This document shows, piece after piece, positions 55,005 through 64,000 of a DNA stretch of 64,000 nt; position 1 is the stretch's first letter, and the number at the start of each line of letters is the position of its first letter. Both the position numbers and the translations under genes were made by a program. Below the pieces are notes generated by a model that searched no databases, was not told the origin of the DNA, and worked only from the letters and a program-made list of their open reading frames with translations. Location: the NCBI GenBank assembly GCA_012295275.1, contig CM022665.1:37386001-37450000 (forward strand). The letters run 5' to 3'. Source of the stretch: Chrysomallon squamiferum (lineage: Eukaryota > Animalia > Mollusca).

Positions 55005-56738
55005 TCACAATGCCGTTTCCATGCATTCAATTGTGCGGTAATATCGCTGAGCCGTGTCGGCTGATAAAAGTCTTTGATCTTCGTTGGCTGATCGCACGTC
55101 TGCGGTGGAATTATTTAAATCGGGCGTTTCCGCCAACAGTCGTTGCATATTTAGAGCGTCTTCGTACGCAGGTGGTTGCGTTACGTCACTTCCGGAGGTG
55201 TGCACGTCTTCGGGTTGCGTTTCTTCCCCTAGTTCGAAGATTATGTTTTCGCTCGGCGTGTCTGGACTGACGATACTGTTTGTCCGGCTTGAACTCAGGT
55301 TGTGGGAAAGAAAGCCTCGCCTGATTTCAGACCGGATGGTGACAGGGGGGAGCGAAGACGGGTAAAAATTGACCGTACGTTCTTCTGTTCTCTCCGGAGA
55401 AGGAAGCACGGTAACGGCCCTGGAGAATGTATTGAGATGAATAGTACTCGAAGAACGTTTCTGTTTCTTCTGTTTGTTCTTTCTGCGACAGGATCCATTT
55501 CGAACAAAGTCCTCCTCCTCCTGTCTCGTTAGAACATTTCTATCGTCCTCGCCAATGGCAGTGCAGCTATTGTATGTACGAAATCTCATGCTTGACAGAA
55601 AATCTCGCGAGAAAAACGCTCTGATGAAGTTTCCACTGTTTAAAGGTGGAAGCGCGGAAAATGTCAGACTTCGCGGAGGCACCCTAGTGGTGATAAAACC
55701 GTTTGCATCGGGAGTGTACCGCTGAATAGTCGGATCGAATAACAGCGCTTCCGAATAACTGGGTACCAGTATATTGTTGTTTCGGATGTTCATTTCGAAA
55801 TCCGTGCTGTTCATGGTTGTTGCGCGAGATATTGTCGTAGTTGTAGGTACAGCAGTAGCGTTGACGTAGTTTGTTCCAAAGCACTTATGCACATGGTAGT
55901 GAAGATGCGCTGTCTTGTACTCTATAATCACACGTAAAGGCCACGACAGGAGAAGGAACGATGCCAACCAGAATATTAGATTCGACACGTACCACGGCAA
56001 ATGATCTGGGTCGGCGAAAGCTATCATGTATTCCTTGAAATTCACGTTCAGAAGATCCATTCCTTCTCTTCCTTCCATGTAGTCGTCTCTGGTTTCGTAT
56101 TCCTGGAAAAACTGAGCTCGCTGGTCTTCAAACTCACACTCTGCTTCAATTGTTAGAAAGGAAAATCCTTTCGTGAAACGTATTTTGGTCGCAGGGTATT
56201 TCTCCAGCGAGATGAGAGTCTTTGATCTGTCTTTGATGCCACAGTTTGTGAAATTAAACGCTGAACCAGCGGTGCACGAATTCACTCTTTCATAATAAAT
56301 CTGACTGGAAGTGAAAGCATCTCCATTTCGGTATCTCGTGACCTGCCGCGTCCGCCGCACGTAATGGTAACATATGGCCTTCCACCAAATGATGGGCAGC
56401 GCTTCCTTCATCATTGCTATCCTGTCGTACACAGAATTGATATCCACCTTGTACTGCAGTTCGATTCTTGTGTGGCTGTGCCAGCATTCTACCAAATATA
56501 CAAGATACAGCATGATGACAAAGGCCACTGGAATATATATGTAGCCGTCGTTGCATGGATTGGACCGCTTGAGCGGCGTCAAGGTGATGTAGTAGTCGAC
56601 GACTTGCTTGTTGACAATCGAGAGACGGCACCAGGCGACAGCGCCGAGGCAGCCGTAGATGAGTATGGTGAGGATAAGGCACTTCCAGTGAGCGTCATGT
56701 CGGAGAGACCCACATAAGGACTGCTTGATAGCTTTTTG
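55005..56738 (-). CDS. TMEM151: Transmembrane protein 151 family (TMEM151A/B homolog), large terminal coding exon, 577 aa; upstream exon not located
   Basis: Acceptor ATTTTCAG ends at 56739 (phase 0), followed by QKAIKQSLCGSLRHDAHWKCL. Family motifs: PCNDGYIYIPVAF..MLYLVYLVECWH, IWWKAICYHYVRRTRQVTRYRNGDA, DDYMEGREGMDL, LLSWPLRV, VPSYSEALL, PPAYEDAL, C-terminal METAL. The first 17 codons of the called ORF are intronic. Confidence 0.95.
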   Translation of the reverse strand, partial: QKAIKQSLCGSLRHDAHWKCLILTILIYGCLGAVAWCRLSIVNKQVVDYYITLTPLKRSNPCNDGYIYIPVAFVIMLYLVYLVECWHSHTRIELQYKVDINSVYDRIAMMKEALPIIWWKAICYHYVRRTRQVTRYRNGDAFTSSQIYYERVNSCTAGSAFNFTNCGIKDRSKTLISLEKYPATKIRFTKGFSFLTIEAECEFEDQRAQFFQEYETRDDYMEGREGMDLLNVNFKEYMIAFADPDHLPWYVSNLIFWLASFLLLSWPLRVIIEYKTAHLHYHVHKCFGTNYVNATAVPTTTTISRATTMNSTDFEMNIRNNNILVPSYSEALLFDPTIQRYTPDANGFITTRVPPRSLTFSALPPLNSGNFIRAFFSRDFLSSMRFRTYNSCTAIGEDDRNVLTRQEEEDFVRNGSCRRKNKQKKQKRSSSTIHLNTFSRAVTVLPSPERTEERTVNFYPSSLPPVTIRSEIRRGFLSHNLSSSRTNSIVSPDTPSENIIFELGEETQPEDVHTSGSDVTQPPAYEDALNMQRLLAETPDLNNSTADVRSANEDQRLLSADTAQRYYRTIECMETAL

Positions 56739-59559
56739 CTGAAAATATATTAATAGAAAAATTGTTAAATTCAGTTTAATAGTGGGCATTATAATAATGG
56801 TATTAATGATAACGATGTTGATGATAATAAAGGTTATGATGATGATAAAATAAAGAAAAAATATTGCTATATCACGATCTTAATGATTTAAAAGGGAAAA
56901 AAAAAAATTAACCTAGTTTGATTTACTGATACGAAAAAGCTGCTGTCCTAAAAGATTGGGCAGCATCTTTACGAATGATATAATTTGTTAGATGAAATGA
57001 TTTCATTCAACATTTTTGCACAGATATTCACATACATTATTTTTCTTTCTTAAAACGTAAAACAGTCAATAAGAATTCCAGTATGCCGTGTGATTAAACA
57101 GGTTAATCTATTTTTATTCTCAAGGGACTGCGACTACTGAAGAAGAAATGTAAGGTTCAGAGACATTCTTATTTTTGTTTAAGATTTTATTATGAATTTC
57201 AGGAAATATAACTGCGACTAGTAATTGAGGATTCGTTTTGAATTTTAAAAAGGTCTTACAATTTTATCAAATAATTATGCTCTAAATGTACGAGAGATAG
57301 AGAAAGTGATGTCTTTTCGATTAACAAAGAAGTGAATTTAACTGACGCCTGTGTCATGAGAGTCTAAATTAGTAACTTCTAAAAAAAGACAAATATATTA
57401 CGCAATATTTCCATTCTATTCTAACCAGAGACTGGACTTTTTTCTCTCTTTTAAACCGAATTCTATTTTAAAACCTTCCAAAATCCTTCGAAATGATTCT
57501 AATTCGCAGGGATAAAGTTCTCAATGAAAGCTAATGATCACTAGCACTGACTTGTGGTCGAAGTATAAACAAGCACTTGACGCGTTTCTAATAATTCGTT
57601 CTACCACTTGCATGTAAATTCAGCCGTGATTGGAATCAAATTCTAGCCCTCTTGTCCAGTGGAACATATCCGCAGTACTTGTGCCTAGACGTTATCGAAT
57701 TTACACGCCGTCGAAACACTCGAGTGACGGCAGAATATGGTATGGATCGGCCAGCTTCAAAAAGACACTATTTCCATTTTCAGAGATCTCTTTGAGAGAG
57801 AAAAAGGGGTGAAAAAAAAGTATTACATTAACTTGACTGCTGAAGAGGACTGCAGATAACATCAAAGTAGAGAGAAATGTCTGTGAGGTTCTTTCAAGAC
57901 CGCTCCAGAAGTAACTCCGTCGTGAATTGAAAGGCAATTTCATTCTCACCCTTTCCAATATTCCAGCATCCATAGAAGAAATGAAATGATTTTTCTTTTT
58001 CATTTTTTCCGCCTACAGCTTTAAAAATTGCTTAGCGCCTGCGGGCAGATAAAGATTATTTTTCTGACTTGAAGTGATCGTTGTTTTGTTGTGCTTGCAT
58101 AACATTCACTCCCTGACCCTTGTGCATGACAGACGCAGTAAATATATTTTATTTACAATAGCTTGCCGGGAATATAGCATTTCTAAAGCTAAAAAAAAAA
58201 AAAGATTTAAATTTTTTATTAGTCGCGTCAGCGAAAAACGTAAGCTTGCGTTTGAAAAAAATTGTTTTGTCGTCTGGGTTCTCAGTGAAAGTTAAAGAAG
58301 AACAGTGTCTGTGGACAGTAATGAAATGTTCTGTCATTTCCCTTAATGAAACTAGAGTGTCTCTATGAAAGGAAGTGACTTCATTTGTCAAATTTTGATA
58401 AATCGATACACATGAGTAATGCATGTTTTGTGCACTTCTGAATTGAGTTAGCCGAAATATATTTTACTCAATCAATCAATATTCATTTTAAATAAGCCCG
58501 TTGGCTTTACGGGAATTTAGTTCTTTTCAGAATCTTACACAAGAGTAAGTTTATTGTAAATAATTAGCGTTGATTCAGTGAAGCAGTGGTGTTACGTACA
58601 TAGTCGTGATCAATAACAAAATTAAGTTCGGTTTCCTCTGATTTGCGCAGTAAATGTGCAGACGTTTAAAATAGATATTTTGGAAGTTATGGCAAGTAAA
58701 TTGTTTCCTGAGAAAGGACCTTTATTTTCATAAAGATAAATTCGCAGACATTCAAACACAAACACATGGCACACATTCAGGCATATACAAACAAATAAGC
58801 ATGGGTACACACATACGAACACGTGCATGTACGTATATAGACATTCAGATGTATACAGAGTTGTCTAAATTTTGTTCCTTGAGTAAAAATTACACATTTG
58901 TACAGACGCTGTGATGAGATTATCAGCAACGTCATCGTGACCATCATCATTCTCTGCGTTATGCTGACATTTAATTGGTTAACAGCATCGATACAACACA
59001 TCTATGTTGTATTGAGTGATGTCTAATTAATATATTAATACAAAAAGTTAATAAGTAATAAGCATTTACAACAGACAATTTCTAGTCAAAAATAACCATC
59101 AGGTCTGATTATAAACATATATGCTTCAGTTTGCTATCCTTCCAAGCTCCGATGTGATTAAGGGCAGAAGCCATAGTGCTTTCTGAAGATATATTATGTA
59201 CCATATGTCAAACTGTTTATCTTTTTAAAACAATTTATGATCCGCTTGCTAATCTGAAAGAGAGTGGATGTACTATGGCAATAAAACTATCTCGTTAATT
59301 CAAATATACAGGCTTTCAGAATGCATTAATGCAATACAGATAAGAATGAAATATTTAGTTTTCTCAACCAAGGGATTGTTGTTGTTGCGGTGTGTATGTG
59401 TGTGTGTGTGTGTGTGTTAAATTTTGTAATAATCCTTGGCTTTTAAGTACATGCATTTTTTATTGTAGGTGTATCTTTTTACATCATTTATTATTTACTT
59501 ACTTTGTTTAAATAATGAAATCCTCAGCTGATAAAGCAATAATCAGTAATTAATAAAAA

Positions 59560-59591
<32 letters not shown>

Positions 59592-61140
59592 CATCAAGCT
59601 GCTTAACACTGATATGGAAAACTCAGTGAAATTAAAATTACCATTTCCCCATATGTAACTAATAAAGCACCTAAATGCCAAGAGAGAAAATTTGTGTCCT
59701 CAAATGACCGAGCCAATATTGCTGATTGTATGTCGTGTCGCATTACGTATTAAATCACTTTGCCGTGGATGTATTGTAAAGCTGATAGTGGCCGAATGAA
59801 TATAGTAAGGTTTCTACCAACAAGCAATTTTGCCGCATTACCCGAGTCAACGCGATATTGGCTTTATATCAAATAGGATTTACGCCCAATAAATCAAGGT
59901 GATTGAGTTCAATGGGAAACATGATCACCGAGTGATTTTTCAACTGGCTATATTGGTAATTGGCTGTGGAATTATGAGCCATATGGCCAGACCGATCGAC
60001 TAACAATGGTTAGTTCGTGCTGACCTGAAAGAAGGAAAAGTAATATTTGTTTAGTAGAACCGCAGAACTTTCATTAATCACAGACTGTAGGTCTTAGGAT
60101 TAAAACACTTTGTAGCTGGAGGTCGGTCTTGTAAGTGGAGTAGTCCATCATTCCAAGTTACGAGATCATTTTACACACTTTCCATTTCTGGTAAACAAAT
60201 CAGAAATGGTTATTTAATGATCAACAGACATGGTTGATAGATATCACGTTTCTCAATTTCCTTTCCGATTCGATCAGTTTGGCCTACACGTTTTCTGTTT
60301 TTAAACAATGATTAAAATAGAACAGAGAAATATTTGACAGCACACATTAAAATATCCTGTTTACATGGTTTTCTGTTTGTCACTTTGGCTGTATGGCTCT
60401 CTGTCTGTCTATATATTCAATATCCCCCCAAAACTCTGTTAAAGTAACCTATTTCATTTTTTTAATAAAAAATACAAACATTTGCAATAACATAGATTTT
60501 AAAACAGTATCCAACAAGTAAAATTTTAGAAAGAAAATAGTTTAAAAGCTTTTCTAAAGTTGTTTCATTTACCATCTCATTAGGTTAGTTTTAAGAGAAT
60601 GAACGAGCTTTGCAAAATAATTGATCTATATATAGATTTAACTTCAAATCGCTGATAAACTGAAAAGAAACAAAAACAGAAGACGACGACGACGAAGAAG
60701 ATGATGAATATATTGAAGAACAACATCAACAAGTGATCTACAGTATTCGAAATCGAGGATTCAAAATGGCGGAAATATGACCTTAACACGATAGAAATTT
60801 TGAGAGTTCATAGTGAGGTTACCGGAAGTTGTATTATGTTCATAGCGCATTACCAGAATTGTGCTTGTGTCAGTTGAATAGGATGTCTTGAAGCCACAGG
60901 AACTGAATTAATCGTCTTCCCTTATGAAACGAATGCGTTTGCAGCCCTTCAGGAAATTGTTTGAGAAGATTCGTGTGTTCAGACATTAATTACCGCAAAT
61001 CGCGAGCAATATGACACTGTGGAGTGTCCATAAACGTTGAATAGATATAACGACAATAAATCAATAACAGATTTTGTAAGACCAAATTTTCATATATATT
61101 CCATACCGCAACAAGCCTTAATGATCAACAGTTGTTCCAG

Positions 61141-61171
<31 letters not shown>

Positions 61172-63964
61172 AGAGTATCCCGAAGCGTTGAAGCAGACGA
61201 TCTAAAAGAACACAAAAAGATCAAACTCTTCTTCCGAGTTCTTCTGAAACTGAAGTCGATGAATAAGAAGCGTAAGAGGAATTTATTAAAAATTTCACTT
61301 TCTTTTATGTCTTTGTTCAAATCGTCGTAATAGCTAACACGAACTAACGATATTCATTTGGGTATGAGTGATGATAAATAAAGATGATTGATTGTATTGC
61401 ATTGTGTGACTGTCAAAATGAAACAAATTTTTATATAAGCGAAACACCTTGAGCAGTAATTAATTATTAACTAAAGAAAGAAAAAAAAAAAAAGGTTGAT
61501 GAAAAGATAAGAAATTTAAATGATCGTTTGATTCAGATAATTAAAAACTGATGCAATTTATTTTTGACCACAGATCTGTTTGTAAGATGTTTTTTATTAA
61601 CAAGATTTGTACTGAAAAATGTCGATTCCAGGAAAGAAATGTCTGACTCTGTATTTGCTAGGTTTTAACGATATAAGCTTTTTATTAACTTAGAACGATT
61701 TGAAAATTCCCATTCGATAACTTAGCAATGCATGTAATAAATATTGATGTTAAAACCTATTTATTGAATTGGTTAGTAAAGTAACTTTTATGTATCATGA
61801 GAAGAGATTTATAGCTAAAAATATTTGTAAGTGATTGTTTCATTTGTAAGAAGAAAACCAATACTAGTCTTGTTACAAATGAAGTATGAAAATAAAATAA
61901 CGTTATTGTTCTTTTATACTGCGATCTTGAAATAAAAATAATCTTTTTATATTATCATTTAACTTTTGGGATTCGATACGAGAAACGATTTACATCTAAA
62001 CTGGCTTTAGCGAATCATCGAAGGAGAAAACAGAAAAAGAGAAATATCTAATATTATATAATTACTTTTGTTTTCAATATAAAATCCACTGTCGTCCCTG
62101 TTGAACTTAAACAATCACAAAACCATAACAAGACATTCAGTTTAGCTGTTGCTTTATGACAGGAAATGCGTAATTCTTGCACAGATATAACAGTTAATTA
62201 ATCGATATAGGAAAGCAAAATCCTGCTACAATAACTTGGATTGTCAGTATAGTCTTTGGCCGCGCCTTTCAAAAGGCTCTTTTGGCGATGTTTGGGCCGC
62301 CGGATCGATGGTAAAACACACAAGAAACCTAACCCGTAAGTGGATCATTCTGTTTTTATTGAGGTTGGCATGAAGGTGAATACAGTCCAGACATGGTAAT
62401 AAATTGTTAGTTTGAAACCTAAAGAGGTCAACAATTATTTTAACCAACAACCCAACGGTTTGCTTTGATTTGAGACACTTTTCAGTAATAAGTCAATACA
62501 TTCGTTTCACTTTCTCAAAATGGCAACTCTCCAATACGTTCTGGACTGTCTGTGTCTGACTCTCGCTTCATTTCTGGTTACGACGACAGACATGTTATGA
62601 AACATTTTTGTAGAAGGTTGAAATGTTAATTGCAAGAATCCATAACACAGCACGACAGAGCATGTCATAAAGTAACACAGCACAGCATAACACAGCTCGG
62701 TATACTTAAATAAATAAATAAATAAATAAAAGAAAATAAAAGTAATAAAAATAACTAAATAATATGGAATGGCATTTTAACGTAATAACCACAATTTTAT
62801 AACGTATTATAACTTTATTTTTTCTTTCTTTTTATTTCTTTTCATTTTATCTATTTGCTTTTGTAAATATCACGAGTAATAACGTTTTTGTATCGGTTAC
62901 ATTACAATGTATTTCACCATCATCAGAATACATATTTAATTATGTAATTTAAATGATTTTATCGGTTTTGAATCAAACATGATATCCAGCATCCACGATC
63001 ACGGTGTTTACTTGTTTTATCTATTAGCATCTACTGAGTTCAAACACAATATCCTAAATTATTTGTCCAAAATCTGTCTTTGAACTTAACGTTAGTTTCA
63101 GTTTTGCATATTAGCCTGTTAAAACTGACATAAATCGAGAAACAGTGGCCTTAAGTTTTTCAAATTAGTTTTAGATAGGCGTCGAGACCAGCGCGCCTCT
63201 GGGACCAACATTCTAGTGCCCTAAGTTTAGGAAGCAGCCAGTACTTCTGATTAAGATGAATCTTTAGTAAATTAATTTAAAATAATCCATCTCTTACAGA
63301 TTACTCTTGTATCAGCTGCAGACATCTACAAGTTTATTCCCAGAAGCCATATTACAAGAGCAGCGAATCCAAAATTCGCCAGCAGTTATTAACTAATAAT
63401 TTCTCGAACCAACTGGCATCGACATTGCAAGATAACTATCTCGTTTCTGTATTTAGCGTGATGTTGAATGGACATCAAGTACCACGAAACTGTAACCGTT
63501 CGCGTTAAAAAGCGAGGCTCTGTGTCAGCGCGGTAGGAAAACGTTAGCCTGAAGTGTACTGGAGTTAATTTGGCAATACTTGTGATTTTTGGCGATTGAA
63601 TTTGCTTACGTCTACGTGTAAATATAGTTCGGTCTATCTTAGCGCGTTATCAGAAATGATCTTAATAACTTGTAAAACTTTAAAGATGTTTTTAATCGAA
63701 TCAAGTCTATCGTGAAAAGTAATTCCATGGCGTCCCATGTGGGTCATCTGTTGTTATTTGTTATGGTTACGTCAATGTCTAATATAATTGTGTGCAGTTG
63801 TAAATAACGCATACCAAGAGAATATTATGGAAATAATTTTGGAGGGATGTTTATGCGTTTATATAGTTTAAGGTTGTTGTGACATACACAAAAACAAAAC
63901 AACAAGAGAATGTGACAGAAATGGAAACAAAGGACGAGTGAGATTATATATTTATGGGTATATA

Positions 63965-63995
<31 letters not shown>

Positions 63996-64000
63996 AGAGA
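63965..64000. repeat. (AG)n microsatellite at window edge
   Basis: Direct inspection. Confidence 0.9.

Noticed and set aside
54947-56717. Plus-strand and off-frame ORFs overlapping TMEM151
   Set aside because: Shadow ORFs of a GC-rich exon; no recognisable motifs.
56739-56789. ATG-start extension MPTIKLNLTIFLLIYFQ of the 594-aa ORF
   Set aside because: AT-rich intron end with a clear TTTTCAG acceptor; family similarity begins right after it.
57701-58003. 100-aa minus ORF as a possible first TMEM151 exon
   Set aside because: Only a weak phase-0 donor (CAA|GTTAAT) and no family resemblance; cannot be supported without transcripts.

Overview
AT-rich, microsatellite-rich animal genomic DNA. 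A mollusc (probably a gastropod) is inferred from SINE remnants; this is not proven. There are three protein-coding genes. (1) RPAP1 on the minus strand has 30 coding exons that I traced by hand from 17791 down to 344; its last exon lies beyond the left edge, and one junction is out of phase by 1 nt. (2) TCTE1/DRC5 on the plus strand is complete (3 coding exons, 20255-22510, 538 aa) and lies head-to-head with RPAP1. (3) The large terminal coding exon of a TMEM151-family gene is on the minus strand (55005-56738), convergent with TCTE1 across a ~32 kb non-coding interval; its first exon was not found. As I recall, human TCTE1 and TMEM151B have the same tail-to-tail adjacency, which suggests very old microsynteny. 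Other elements: two Tigger/pogo transposon relics in RPAP1 introns, a hAT-type MITE carrying a G-quadruplex, Meta/MESC-like SINE remnants, a Helentron-like mini element, degenerate tandem repeats, candidate enhancers and CTCF-like sites. CpG content switches from depleted (gene bodies) to rich (right-hand 40 kb). I found no evidence for a new multi-gene system. All calls are by eye; no database searches were run.
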